From assembly GCA_018969385.1 (NCBI GenBank), contig JAGWYL010000001.1, positions 2,677 to 66,676 on the forward strand: a DNA stretch of 64,000 nt, in the 5' to 3' direction. The stretch is from Patescibacteria group bacterium. Its GTDB lineage: Bacteria; Patescibacteriota; Minisyncoccia; Phycocordibacterales; Phycocordibacteraceae. The notes beneath the pieces are model-generated. The model saw nothing but the letters and a program-made list of their open reading frames with translations, searched no databases and had not been told where the DNA came from. Positions 18,826 to 29,800 of the stretch are shown piece by piece (positions within the stretch are counted from its first letter, which is position 1; every line of letters starts with the position of its first letter). The translations under genes and the position numbers were made by a program.

Positions 18826-19356
18826 CTAGAGCTTCAAGATGCGCTTCTTGTATTCACGCGTGGTCATGAGGTGGCGCATGTCCGGCATGCGGTCCACGTA
18901 GACCGTGCCGTCAAGGTGGTCTATCTCGTGCTGAAAGATGCGAGCCCAGAGGCCGGACGCCTTTTCCGTTCTTTTCTTTCCGGACGTATCCGTGTACGCC
19001 ACGATGATATCCTTCGCGCGCGGAACGAGCCCGCGGATGCCGCGGCAGGATAAGCAGCCTTCCCAATCGTTCTTCCGCTCCTTCGAGTATGAAATGATGC
19101 GCGGGTTCACCAGGGTGAGCGGCCCCTTCTTCCTTCCGCCTTTCTTCGCGGGATGGAGCTCCATGACGGCGATGCGTACGGGAAGTCCTATCTGCGGCGC
19201 CGCGAGTCCCACGCCGTCCGCGCTTCGCATCGTGCGCAGCATCGCCTTCTCGAGCGCCTTGAACTGCGGCGTTTTGAGGAAAGCCTGCGTGACGCTCCGC
19301 GCTTTCATGCGCAGTACCGGATTCCCGAATTCCGTGCGCGACAGCGTCTTGGCCAT
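18826..19356 (-). CDS. def: Peptide deformylase
   Basis: GVGLAAPQIG, EGCLS and HEIDHLDG motifs. Confidence 0.9.
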   Translation of the reverse strand: MAKTLSRTEFGNPVLRMKARSVTQAFLKTPQFKALEKAMLRTMRSADGVGLAAPQIGLPVRIAVMELHPAKKGGRKKGPLTLVNPRIISYSKERKNDWEGCLSCRGIRGLVPRAKDIIVAYTDTSGKKRTEKASGLWARIFQHEIDHLDGTVYVDRMPDMRHLMTTREYKKRILKL

Positions 19357-19359
19357 AGG

Positions 19360-21162
19360 TCAGTCTGCCCGGCGCGCTTTCGCGCGTTCGTTTTCCGAAC
19401 GGTAAATCTTGCGGAGCCGCACGTTCTGCGGCGTTACCTCGAGGTATTCGTCGTCGGACATGGTCTCAAGGCCGCGCTCGATGGAGAGTTCGTACGCCGG
19501 GAAGAGCACGATGGCTTCGTCCATGCCGCTCGAGCGGACGTTGGACTGGTTCTTGCCCTTCGTCGGATTCACCGTCATCTCTTCGCCCTTCGACGTGTTG
19601 CCGATGACCATGCCTTCATAGACTTCGGTGGCGGGCGTGATGTAGAGCACGCCGCGCTCCTGAAGCGTCCAGAGCGAATAGCCGAGCGCCTTCCCGCTCG
19701 CCATGGAAATCATCGAGCCGACCTGCCGCTTCCTGATTTCGCCCGCGTACGGCTCGAAGCCGATGAAGCGCGAAGCGAGGATGCCTTCGCCGCGCGTATC
19801 GATGACGAACTGATTGCGATACCCGAGCAGGCCGCGCGTGGGACCCTTGAGCGTGAGCCGCACCTGGTCCGCGTGCTGCGTGAGGTTCTGCAGGATGAAT
19901 GCGCGCAGTCCGAGCTTCTCGATGATGGCGCCCTGGAATTCGCTCGGAGTATCGATGGTGACCTCTTCGAACGGTTCCATCTTCACGCCGTTCTCCTCGT
20001 GGAAGATGACGTGCGGCTGCGAGACCTGGAGCTCATAGCCTTCGCGGCGCATGTTCTCGAGCAGGACCGCGATATGCAATTCGCCGCGACCGGACACGGC
20101 GAATGCGTCCGCCTGCGAGAAATCCACCTTGAGCCCCACATTCACCTCAAGTTCCTTCTCGAGGCGGTCGCGTATCTGGCGCGAAGTGACGAACTTCCCT
20201 TCGCGCCCGGCGAACGGCGAATTGTTCACGAGAAAGTTGAGGACGATGGTCGGCTCGTCGACGGCGATGGCGGGCAGGGGCGCCGCCTGCTCGTCCGTCG
20301 TCACCGTCTCGCCGATGAAGATTTCCGGCAAGCCCGCGATGAGCGCGATGTCGCCCGCCGATGCCGCGTCCGTCTCCACGCGCGTAAGCCCCTTGAAGGT
20401 GAACACCTTGGTGGTGCGTCCGGTGCGCGTCGTGCCGTCCGGCTTCTTGATGAAGACGTTCTGGTTCGGCCGCACCGTCCCTTCGTACAGGCGCCCCACG
20501 GCAAGACGGCCCATGAAGTTGTCATAGGCGAGATTGAACGGCTGCAGCATGAGCGCGCCGAGGGCGTCGTGCCCCTCGTTCGCTGGCTCGACCTTCTCGA
20601 GGATCATGTCGAGCAGGGGCGAAAGGTCGCGCGATTCCCCGCCCTGGCTCGGCATGTCGGCAAGCGTCCGCGCCGCCACGCCGTCCCGTCCCACGGCGTA
20701 CACCACCGGGAAGTCGGACTGCTCGTCCGACGCGCCGAGCTCGAGGAAGAGCTCGAGCACCTGTTCATGACAGCGGTCCGCGTCCGCGGCCGGCTTGTCT
20801 ATCTTGTTGATGACGACGATGGGCTTGAAGCCGAGTTCGAGCGACTTCTTGAGCACGAACCGCGTCTGCGGCATCGGACCCTCGGCGGCGTCCACGATGA
20901 GGAGCACGTCGTCGATGGAGCGCAGGACGCGCTCCACTTCCGAGCCGAAATCCGCGTGACCCGGCGTGTCCACGATATTTATCTTCGTGCCCTTGTATTC
21001 CACCGACGCGTTTTTCGCGTATATGGTGATGCCGCGCTCCTGTTCGAGCTTGTTCGAATCCATGGACGCAGCCTCCACGCCGCACTGCTTCAGTATGGCG
21101 TCGGTAAGCGTCGTCTTTCCGTGGTCGACGTGGGCGATGATGGCTATGTTCCTGATTTCCAT
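19360..21162 (-). CDS. typA: Translational GTPase TypA/BipA
   Basis: AHVDHGKTT and DTPGH motifs. ATG at 21162 (MEIRNIAII). The track's upstream extension was rejected. Confidence 0.9.
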   Translation of the reverse strand: MEIRNIAIIAHVDHGKTTLTDAILKQCGVEAASMDSNKLEQERGITIYAKNASVEYKGTKINIVDTPGHADFGSEVERVLRSIDDVLLIVDAAEGPMPQTRFVLKKSLELGFKPIVVINKIDKPAADADRCHEQVLELFLELGASDEQSDFPVVYAVGRDGVAARTLADMPSQGGESRDLSPLLDMILEKVEPANEGHDALGALMLQPFNLAYDNFMGRLAVGRLYEGTVRPNQNVFIKKPDGTTRTGRTTKVFTFKGLTRVETDAASAGDIALIAGLPEIFIGETVTTDEQAAPLPAIAVDEPTIVLNFLVNNSPFAGREGKFVTSRQIRDRLEKELEVNVGLKVDFSQADAFAVSGRGELHIAVLLENMRREGYELQVSQPHVIFHEENGVKMEPFEEVTIDTPSEFQGAIIEKLGLRAFILQNLTQHADQVRLTLKGPTRGLLGYRNQFVIDTRGEGILASRFIGFEPYAGEIRKRQVGSMISMASGKALGYSLWTLQERGVLYITPATEVYEGMVIGNTSKGEEMTVNPTKGKNQSNVRSSGMDEAIVLFPAYELSIERGLETMSDDEYLEVTPQNVRLRKIYRSENERAKARRAD

Positions 21163-21258
21163 AAAATAAAATGGCCGCACGGCCGTCGTCGCTACTATAC
21201 GATATAAGCGAGCATAACGCCAGGTCGGCGCGGCTATGAAAGCGCGCGCGCCGCGCAC

Positions 21259-23037
21259 TCACGCGCCGTCTCCCGTGATGAATCCGCCCGCCTGGATTTC
21301 CCACAATTTCTTATAGAGGCCGCCTTCATGGCGGAGAAGCTCGTCGTGCGTGCCGCTCGTCACCACCTTCCCGCCTTCGATGACGATGATGCGGTCCATG
21401 CGCATCACGGTTGAGAGCCGGTGCGCGATGGCGATGACCGTCTTTCCTTCCATGAGCCGCGTGAGCGCGTCCTGGATGAGCGCTTCGGACTCCGAATCGA
21501 GGGAGGAGGTCGCCTCGTCGAGGACGAGTATGGGCGCGTCCTTGAGGATGGCGCGGGCGATGGCGATGCGCTGGCGCTCGCCGCCGGAGAGCTTTATGCC
21601 GCGCTCGCCGACGTACGTCTCGTATCCGTACGGCGTGTTCGCGATGAACTCTTCGCAGTGCGCTTGTTTCGCCGCACCCCTCACCTCCTCGTCGGTGGCG
21701 TCGCGCCGTCCGTAGCGGATGTTTTCCATGAGCGTCCGATGGAAAAGGATAGGCTCCTGCGGGACGAGCGCCATGTTCCAGCGCAGGCTCTCCTGCGTGA
21801 CGGAAGCTATGTTCTGTCCGTCTATGAAGATGCCGCCCGCCGTGACGTCATGGAAACGGAACAGGAGTTTGGTGATGGTGGTCTTTCCCGCGCCGGAAGG
21901 ACCCACGAGCGCGACTTTCTCCTTCCCCTTGATGGAGAGGTTGAAGTCCTTGAGCACGCTGCGCGTCTCGCTGAAATTGAAATCGACGCTCTTGAATTCG
22001 ATGCCGCCCTGCGCGACCGCAAGCGTTCCCGCATGCAGCCGGTCCTGTATCTCGTGCGGGAGGTCGAGGATGTCTACCATCTCCGTCGAGTCCGCGAACG
22101 CTTCATAGAGCCTGCGGATGATGTTGCCGAAATTCCACAGCTGCTCGATGGCCGCGATGAGGTACGCCTGGATGAGCGCGAAGTCGCCGATGGTGAGCGC
22201 GCCGTCCCTCCAGAGGACGATACCGGCGTACATGAGCACGAACTCGATGCCTATCATCAGCACGGACTGCACCGCGTCCACGTAAGAGCCGAACAGCCAG
22301 CTCTTGTAGCGCAGGTTCGAGAGCGCCTCGGACACCGCGGCGTAGAGTCCGCGCTCATGCGCTTCCCCGGTGAATATCTTGACCGTCATGTCGTTCGCGA
22401 GCGAGTCGGAGAGGACGCCGGTCGCTTCGGAATCCTTTTCCGAAGAGAGGAGATTGTTCCGGAAGTTTATGCGCGCGATGGCGAGCTGGAGCCCCAGCAC
22501 GAGGAAGGTCCAGATGAGGAAGATGACGCCGAGCCACGCGTTACGCAAGAAGAGCACGACGATGATGCCGAGCAGCGTGACGACGAGCGGGATGATATCG
22601 AAGAGGAAGCGATCGAGGACGTCTTCATAGGAACGGGAAAGCCGGTTCAGACGCCGCACCAGGGAGCCCGTGAAGCTGTTCGCGAAGAAGGAGTAGGAGT
22701 GGTCGATGAGGTAGGAGAAGCACGTCTGCGCGAGGTCGCGCATGACGCGCGGCTCGAGCCATATCGTCGCGAACGTGTTCACGCGGCGCGAAAGCATGCG
22801 CGAGAGGAGCAGCAGGAAGATGACCACCAGGACGGAAACGAGCGCGGATGCAGCGGCGGGTCCCGGGACGGAAGTGGCTACGAGGTCGAAGAAGCGCTTG
22901 TAGTAGAGCGGAACGATGACGTCGATGACTTTCGCGAGCACCGCGAACGACACCGCCAAGAGCGCGGCGACAGGATAACGGGCCGTATGCTTCGAATACA
23001 CGCGAAGCACCGGCAGAACCGATACTTTCCTCGCCAT
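21259..23037 (-). CDS. ABC transporter, fused permease/ATP-binding exporter (MsbA-like)
   Basis: 6-TM N-terminal domain. Walker A GPSGAGKTT, signature LSGGERQR and Walker B ILVLDEATS. Confidence 0.85.
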   Translation of the reverse strand: MARKVSVLPVLRVYSKHTARYPVAALLAVSFAVLAKVIDVIVPLYYKRFFDLVATSVPGPAAASALVSVLVVIFLLLLSRMLSRRVNTFATIWLEPRVMRDLAQTCFSYLIDHSYSFFANSFTGSLVRRLNRLSRSYEDVLDRFLFDIIPLVVTLLGIIVVLFLRNAWLGVIFLIWTFLVLGLQLAIARINFRNNLLSSEKDSEATGVLSDSLANDMTVKIFTGEAHERGLYAAVSEALSNLRYKSWLFGSYVDAVQSVLMIGIEFVLMYAGIVLWRDGALTIGDFALIQAYLIAAIEQLWNFGNIIRRLYEAFADSTEMVDILDLPHEIQDRLHAGTLAVAQGGIEFKSVDFNFSETRSVLKDFNLSIKGKEKVALVGPSGAGKTTITKLLFRFHDVTAGGIFIDGQNIASVTQESLRWNMALVPQEPILFHRTLMENIRYGRRDATDEEVRGAAKQAHCEEFIANTPYGYETYVGERGIKLSGGERQRIAIARAILKDAPILVLDEATSSLDSESEALIQDALTRLMEGKTVIAIAHRLSTVMRMDRIIVIEGGKVVTSGTHDELLRHEGGLYKKLWEIQAGGFITGDGA

Positions 23038-23196
23038 CGCTCCAATCTAGCACACCCGCGCACTCGGTTTCGCATTGCGCGCTCCCTCGCTCGAAGCTTC
23101 GGGAACACTCGCGGACTGAAACGAGGAGCGCGCGTGACCGCGGCCATCCACGTACGCGAAGTTACGCGAAACCGAGCGTTCTAGCATGCCCGCGCG

Positions 23197-24207
23197 CTAC
23201 TTCAGGTAGCGCCTGATGTACGCGAGATGCTCGGCGTAGGTCGCCGCGCAATGCATGACGCCTCTGTTGTCGTGGAGATAGTAGAGGCAGGTGGTGGTCG
23301 CGGGTTCGAGCGCGGCCTTGATGGCGGCGAGATCCGGATTCGCTATCGGCGCGGGCGGCAGGCCCGCATGGAGGTACGTGTTGTACGGCGAAGCGGCCTT
23401 GAGGTCGGCGGGCTTCACTGTGGGCCACCAGCCGTTTCCCTCGTTCCCCACCGCGTATTGCACCGTGGCGTCCACCTGCAGCCGCATGCCTGCGTCGAGC
23501 CTGTTCCAGAGGATGCCTGCAATGGTCGGGAAATCTTGCATCTGACCCTCACGCTCAAGGAGCGACGCCATCGTAAGTACTGCGGTCCACTTTTCGCCTT
23601 TCGCCGCGGCTTCCGCTTCGTATGGCGCGAACACCTGGGAGGAATGCGCCACGATGCGCTTCGTCACATCGGCCGGCGTGCCGCTACGCGGCAAAAGGTA
23701 CGTGTCTGGATAGTACACGCCTTCGCGGTCCTCGGCGGGAGATGCGGTGTCCACCGTGAGCCACTCCGTCTTCTGCGCGTCGGTCCACCCGAGCGCCTGC
23801 GCGAGGACATCCGCCACCTGCTCCTTCCGATATCCTTCGGGAATCGTCACCCAGATGGACGAGGGCGCTTCCTTGAGGGTGCTCGCGATGCCGAACACGT
23901 TCGTCCCGTGCGAAAGCGTGTAGCCGCCCGGCGCGATATCGCTTCCGCCGACCAGTGAGAACGCCAAGCGGAACTCCCACGTGCTCGATACGAAGCCGCG
24001 GTTCACAAGCGACATAGCCACCTCGTCGAAGGTGCTGCCCGCAGGCACTGCGAACGTCTCTTCGATGCCGGGAACGCCGGCAGGCGCGTAGAACGCCTGA
24101 TACATGAAGACGCTGACAAAAAGCATGAATGCCGCGAGCACGGCACCGCCGAGCATCCAGCCGGTCCTGCGCCACTCGCGCTCTTCAAGCGGACTCATCG
24201 CCTTCAT
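23197..24207 (-). CDS. mltG: Endolytic murein transglycosylase MltG (YceG-like)
   Basis: 336 aa with an N-terminal TM and YceG-like domain. Confidence 0.75.
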   Translation of the reverse strand: MKAMSPLEEREWRRTGWMLGGAVLAAFMLFVSVFMYQAFYAPAGVPGIEETFAVPAGSTFDEVAMSLVNRGFVSSTWEFRLAFSLVGGSDIAPGGYTLSHGTNVFGIASTLKEAPSSIWVTIPEGYRKEQVADVLAQALGWTDAQKTEWLTVDTASPAEDREGVYYPDTYLLPRSGTPADVTKRIVAHSSQVFAPYEAEAAAKGEKWTAVLTMASLLEREGQMQDFPTIAGILWNRLDAGMRLQVDATVQYAVGNEGNGWWPTVKPADLKAASPYNTYLHAGLPPAPIANPDLAAIKAALEPATTTCLYYLHDNRGVMHCAATYAEHLAYIRRYLK

Positions 24208-24237
24208 TGTACACGCATGAAGCGGAGATTCGCGACC

Positions 24238-24705
24238 CTACCCACCCGCGTACTCGACACGGAAGGTGAAACGGTATGCGTCCGCAGGAATCTCCTTTCC
24301 GGTCTCACGCACGGGAGCGACGCCGGTGAGGGTCACGATGCGCCCGGCAATCGTCTCCGGCGTCCAGGACGTGAAGACGTAGGCGGCGCCGTTCGCATCC
24401 GCTCCGACGCGCGTCTCGACGCGCACGAAACCCGGAGCGATGCAGGTACCGCCAAGCGGGCAGCGCGTGTCGGAAACGAGCGCGAGCGGCGTGAGCGAAA
24501 GTCCGAGCGCGGTCGCGCCCTCGCCGATGCTTGTCTCGATGAGCGCCGGACTGCCTGAAGCAGGTATCGCAGCGACCGCGGACGCCCCCTGACTTGCCGG
24601 AGCGGCCGCGCCATAGCCCGGAACCACCGCATAGGTGTGCACGTACACGTAGAGCCCGGCAAGGGCCACAAGAGCGGTGAGCGCTAGGACGATGAATCTT
24701 GCCAT
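24238..24705 (-). CDS. Hypothetical secreted/membrane-anchored protein
   Basis: ATG at 24705 (MARFIVLALTALVALAG signal/anchor). The track's longer ORF to 24870 was rejected. Confidence 0.45.
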   Translation of the reverse strand: MARFIVLALTALVALAGLYVYVHTYAVVPGYGAAAPASQGASAVAAIPASGSPALIETSIGEGATALGLSLTPLALVSDTRCPLGGTCIAPGFVRVETRVGADANGAAYVFTSWTPETIAGRIVTLTGVAPVRETGKEIPADAYRFTFRVEYAGG

Positions 24706-24796
24706 CAGGGTAGAAAAATGAAAATCGGACGCGGCAGGCGTTCGATATCCAATGCAGCCAGTATAACCGCCCAGGGGCGAAAGATGGTGTGAATAA

Positions 24797-24832
24797 CAAA
24801 AAAGGGAGGGCCGCCGAAGCGAATCCCTCCCC
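24797..24832 (-). terminator. Rho-independent terminator (GGGAGGG...CCCTCCC hairpin plus T6 on the minus strand) downstream of the 494-aa gene
   Basis: 7-bp GC stem followed by a 6-nt U run in the minus-strand sense. A second 9-bp hairpin (gacctgccg-cacg-cggcaggtc) overlaps the stop. Confidence 0.5.
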
Positions 24833-24856
24833 TTGTGACCTGCCGCACGCGGCAGG

Positions 24857-26341
24857 TCAGTTAAACGCATACCGGAGGCCGATGCTCAGTGCGGCGTCCG
24901 GCCTGCGGTCGCGCGCCCGAACGATGGGCGCGAACATCTTCGCGGCAATGACGCCGGAAAGATGCTGCGCTATCGGCACGGAAAGCGAGACGTCACCGCG
25001 AAGCGACCATCCCTCTTCCTGGTGGAACGGGCCGCCCGCTTCGAGCGCGGAGACTGCGGTATCGAGCGTGATGCCCGAACCGAGCGCCCACGGATGGGCG
25101 AGACCGGCCTGAAGCACATGGCCGCTCTTCCTTGCGTCCGCCGTGTGCGCGTCATACTCGCCGCGCACGAAAAGACGGAAGCCATGCCCGATGCCGGTTT
25201 CGAACCCGACGTGCGGCGCGATGAAGTCGCCGCCGCGCGACGAGCCGAGCGGACGGATGTCGTAGATGCTCGTGCCGAACGTCCACGCCCGCCCGAGCCC
25301 GATACGCGTGCCGGAAACGGCGACGTCATAGTCGTTCTCGTCCGTCTTATAGCCCGAGAACTGACGCGTGCCGCCCCACGTGAACGACACGCCGCCTTGG
25401 AACGCCGCGCGGACGCTCCAGGTCGCGGTAGCGCCGTCATGCAGGAGCGTGCCGTTACTGTTTAACTTCGCCGAGAACACATCCGCCGCGAAAGAAAGCT
25501 TCGGCAGCGGAATCCCGTCGAGGACGATGGTATTCGCGGCGCCGCCTCCCGCATCCTCGTGCCCGTGAGCGCCGCTTGCCGTCTTGGCCAAAGCCGTCAT
25601 CGGCACGAAGGACAGGATGAACGACACGAGCATCCCGATGCGGCGCTTCGCGCGTCTCGTCTGGTCGACGACGAACTCCGCCGGATAGCCGAAGATGGCT
25701 ATCGGCCAGAGGAACGCGGCAATGATGACGAGCTCGCCCTCAAGCCACACCCGCCGGCCCGCATACGTGAGAGCTGCCGGGAAGTAGAGGAGGAGCGCGA
25801 CGAACGTCGACGCGAGATACGAGATGAAAAGCCACCGGAGCGAGTCCGTGAAGTCTCCCACATTGTATCCGTCCCGCGCTTTCACGAGCGCCGAGTACGC
25901 GTCGCGCGCTCGGATCCACTCAGCCGTGCTGCTCGCGTCGATGTAACGCTTCTGCAGCGTGATGAGCGGCGCGCCCGTCTCGATGTCCATGGCCTCGAGC
26001 ATATGCCCGTCGACCATCGCATCGCGGCCGTGCGCGAGCACGTAACCGCTCGCGAGCTGCCGCAGCTTGAGCACGTCATCGGCGATGCGGAAATATCCCG
26101 CCGCGGAGCCGACCGGAGCTTTGAACTCCTTCTCGACCTTCGCGAGCAGCGCGGATATCTCCGCCTTGGTCGCAGGCGCTTGCGCCTGCGGACGAGGGCC
26201 GATGTGCGTTATCGGCGTGTGCCAGACGGCCCAGAACACGGGCGCGAAGCAGAGGACCATCAGGGCGAGTGCCCATCCGGCGATTCGTCCGCGATACAGC
26301 CATTGCATGTCATCGCGAACCGTTCCATACCTGTTATGCAT
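24857..26341 (-). CDS. Hypothetical membrane protein with a C-terminal beta-rich (barrel-like) region
   Basis: 494-aa ORF with ATG at 26341. N-terminal TM segment. Internal signal-peptide-like segment MLVSFILSFVPMTALA. The C-terminal half shows alternating-residue beta-strand periodicity. Confidence 0.45.
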   Translation of the reverse strand: MHNRYGTVRDDMQWLYRGRIAGWALALMVLCFAPVFWAVWHTPITHIGPRPQAQAPATKAEISALLAKVEKEFKAPVGSAAGYFRIADDVLKLRQLASGYVLAHGRDAMVDGHMLEAMDIETGAPLITLQKRYIDASSTAEWIRARDAYSALVKARDGYNVGDFTDSLRWLFISYLASTFVALLLYFPAALTYAGRRVWLEGELVIIAAFLWPIAIFGYPAEFVVDQTRRAKRRIGMLVSFILSFVPMTALAKTASGAHGHEDAGGGAANTIVLDGIPLPKLSFAADVFSAKLNSNGTLLHDGATATWSVRAAFQGGVSFTWGGTRQFSGYKTDENDYDVAVSGTRIGLGRAWTFGTSIYDIRPLGSSRGGDFIAPHVGFETGIGHGFRLFVRGEYDAHTADARKSGHVLQAGLAHPWALGSGITLDTAVSALEAGGPFHQEEGWSLRGDVSLSVPIAQHLSGVIAAKMFAPIVRARDRRPDAALSIGLRYAFN

Positions 26342-26412
26342 GAGCGGCCTCCTAGCCGTTTCGTTTGTCCGGGCTTACACCCGGAATTAGAATAGCACTA
26401 AAATTGTGTTAG

Positions 26413-26823
26413 TCAAACGCGCTCCCAGGGAAATTCGGGAATCGCATCCACCGTCTTCAGGTAGTGGTCAGGAACGTGCTTCGCTCCGGCGCGCGCATAG
26501 AGGCAGGCGGTCGTCACGCTTGCGCCTCGGTCTTCGAGATAGTACTCGGCGGCGGCGAGGCTCTTTCCGCTCTCGACGGCATCTTCGACGAGGAGCACTG
26601 ACTTCCCTTCGAGATTGGCGGTTATGTCCGTGGTGAGGGCGCGTCCGTCTCCGTCCTTTACGACCGTGAGGCAGTACAGTTCCGCGACGCCAAGGAGCGT
26701 CGCGAGGAGCCTCGCGGGAACGAGTCCTCCGCGTACGATGGCGACGATCGCGTCCGGACGCTCCGTGAGCTTCCCGGAGAGTTCCCGCACTTCCGCATCC
26801 AGTTCGTGCCAGTTCATGCGCAC
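26413..26823 (-). CDS. Type I phosphoribosyltransferase domain protein (small PRTase, possibly PyrR/UPRT-like given operon context)
   Basis: PRPP-binding motif VLLVEDAVESGKS. Lies 9 nt downstream of carB. The 26823 start is GTG; an alternative ATG lies at 26817. Confidence 0.6.
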   Translation of the reverse strand: MRMNWHELDAEVRELSGKLTERPDAIVAIVRGGLVPARLLATLLGVAELYCLTVVKDGDGRALTTDITANLEGKSVLLVEDAVESGKSLAAAEYYLEDRGASVTTACLYARAGAKHVPDHYLKTVDAIPEFPWERV

Positions 26824-26832
26824 ACTATACCA

Positions 26833-29800
26833 CTACCCTTGCGCCAGATACTCGTTCCACGGCTTCGCCTTGAGGCCGCCGTCCTGGATTTCCGCAAGCG
26901 CGGTGACGAACGCCTCCGCGAGCTGGCGGTTCGTGAGGAGCGGGATGCCGTTGTCGACGGCGCGCCTGCGTATCATGTATCCGTCATGGAGCTTCCGGAG
27001 CGCGGGGTCCGCATGATTCTTGCGCGCGAGCGTCCGCGCGGGAATGTTGATGATGAGGTCGACGACATCCGAATCGAGAAGCGTGAGCACGTTCGGCAGC
27101 TTGCCCGTGTGTATCTTATGCACGGTTGTCGCACGGATGCCGTTCTCAAGCAGGAACTTCGTCGTCCCGTCCGTCCCGTACAGCTTGAAGCCGAGTTCCG
27201 CGAGCGTGCGCAGGGAGGGCAGGAGCTTCACTTTGTTCTCTTCCCCGCCGAGCGCGACGAACACGTTCTTCTTCGGCAGGCGGAATCCGGCGGAGAGCAT
27301 GGATTTGAGGAGCGCCTCATGGTACGAGTCGCCGAACGCGGCGACTTCGCCGGTGGAAGCCATCTCCACGTAGAGGAGCGGGTCCGCGCCCTTGATGCGG
27401 CTGTAGGAGAACTGCGGCGACTTCACGGCGACGTAGTCGAGGTCGAGCGTGCGATACTCCCCCGAAACGTCCCCGCCGAGCATCGCCTTCACGGCAAGCT
27501 CGATGAAATTATGGCCGGTGACTTTGGAGACGAACGGGAACGAGCGCGACGCGCGCACGTTGCATTCGATGACCTGGATATTGTTGTCCTTCGCGAGGAA
27601 CTGGATATTGAACGGGCCCGTTATCGAAAGCTCGCGCACGATGGCCTTCGCGATGCGCTTCGCGCGCCGGACCGTCTCAAGGTACGTGCGCTGGGGCGGC
27701 AGGACGACGGTGGCGTCGCCCGAATGCGTCCCGGCGTTCTCCACATGCTCGCTCATCGCGTAGATGACGAGCTTCCCGCCTTTCGCGACGCCGTCAATCT
27801 CTATCTCGCGCGCGTTCTCGATGAATTTCGACATGACGATGGGGTGGTCGCTCGAGACGTTGACCGCGCGCTCGAGGAATTTCATGAGCGCAGGCTCGTC
27901 GAACGCCACCGCCATGGCCGCGCCGGAAAGGACGTACGAAGGGCGGACGAGCACCGGATACCCGAGCCGCTTCGCGGCCTTCGCCGCGTCCTTGCGCGTC
28001 GTGAGCTCCGCCCACGCGGGCTGGTCGACGCCGAGCTTGTCGAGGAGCGCGGAAAAGACGTGGCGGTCTTCGGCGCGGTCGATGTCTTCGGGCGAGGTGC
28101 CGAGCACGTTCACCTTCCGCGCGTGCAGCTTGAGCGCGAGGTTGTTCGGTATCTGTCCGCCGGTGGACACCACGACGCCCGCCGCCTGTTCGAACTCGAC
28201 GATGTCGAGCACGCGCTCGAGCGAGAGCTCCTCGAAGTAGAGCCGGTCGGGAAGGTCGTAGTCCGTGGAAACCGTCTCCGGATTGTAGTTCACCATCACG
28301 GTTTCGCGGCCCGCCGCCTTAAGCGTCCGCAGCGCCTGCACGCCCGCCCAGTCGAATTCCACGGAGGAGCCGATGCAGTACGGTCCGCTTCCGAGCACGA
28401 CGGTCCCCTTCTGCTTCGCCTTGATGTCGTGCTCCGTGCCGTTGTACGTCACGTACAGATAGTTCGTCTTCGCGGGAAATTCTCCGGCGAGCGTATCTAT
28501 CTGCTTCACCACGGGAAGGATGCCTGCCTTCCGGCGCGCCTCGCGCACCGCATCCTCGGACGCGCCCGTGAGTACGCCTATCTGCGCGTCGGAGAACCCG
28601 GCGCGCTTCGCGCGCCGGACGAGCGCCGCCGGCGGTTTCTTCCCTTTCGAGAACGCGCGTTCGATGCGCACGATGTTCTCGAGACGGGAGAGGAACCAGC
28701 GGTCGATGCCGGAAAGCTCGTGAATCTTTTCGGCGGACACGCCCGCATGGAGCGCTTCCGCGAGCGCGAACACGCGCGTCGTCGTCGCCTCGCGTATCTC
28801 GGAAAGATAGTCGGGAATCTTGAAATTGCCGCTTCGGTGCGCGACGAATCCGTCCGCCCCGACCGCGAGCATGCGGAGCCCCTTCTGGAACGCTTCTTCG
28901 AACGAACGCCCGACGGCCATGACTTCGCCGACGCTCTTCATCTCCGTGCCTATCCGGTTCGTCGCGTTCTCGAACTTGGTCAGGTCCCAGCGCGGCATCT
29001 TGATTACGAGGTAGTCGAGCGCGGGCTCGAAACACGCCGTCGTCGTCTTCGTGACCGCGTTCGCGAGCTCCGGAAGCGTCGCGCCGAGCGCGAGCTTCGC
29101 GGCGACGAAGGCGAGCGGATAGCCCGTGGCCTTCGACGCAAGCGCGGAGGAGCGCGAGAGCCGCGCGTTCACCTCGATGACGCGGTACGCTCCCGTCTCC
29201 GGATTGAGCGCGTATTGGATATTGCATTCCCCGACGACGCCCAAGTGCCGTATGGTGCGGATGGCTATCTCGCGGAGCCGGTGGTACTCCTCGTTCGTGA
29301 GCGTCTGCGACGGCGCGACGACGATGCTCTCTCCCGTATGGATGCCCATCGGGTCCAAGTTCTCCATGTTGCAGACCGTGATGCAGTTATCCGCGCGGTC
29401 GCGCACGACCTCGTATTCGACCTCCTTCCATCCGCCGAGATACTCTTCGACGAGCACCTGCGGCACCGTGTGGAATACCTCGGACAGCTTTTCCGTGAGT
29501 TCCGCTTCCGTCCGCACGACTCCGGAACCTTCGCCGCCGAGCGCGAACGCCGAGCGCACCATGACCGGATACCCGAGCTTCGCCGCGGCTTTCGCCGCGG
29601 CGCGCACGTTCGTCACCGCGACGCTTCGCGCCGTTTCCACTCCTACCTCCGCGAGCCGCTTCACGAACAGGTCGCGGTCTTCCGTATCGCGGATGGTCGC
29701 AACCGGCGTGCCGAGCACGCGCACGCCGTATTTCTTCAGGACGCCCGTATCAAAAAGTTCAAGCCCGAGATTCAGTCCCGTCTGTCCGCCGAAGCCGAGC

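Noticed and set aside
19153-21207. 684-aa plus-strand ORF, and similarly 21421..23184, 32392..34593 and 34627..36615
   Set aside because: Each is antisense to a well-supported gene (typA, ABC exporter, mgtA). Compositionally Arg-rich.
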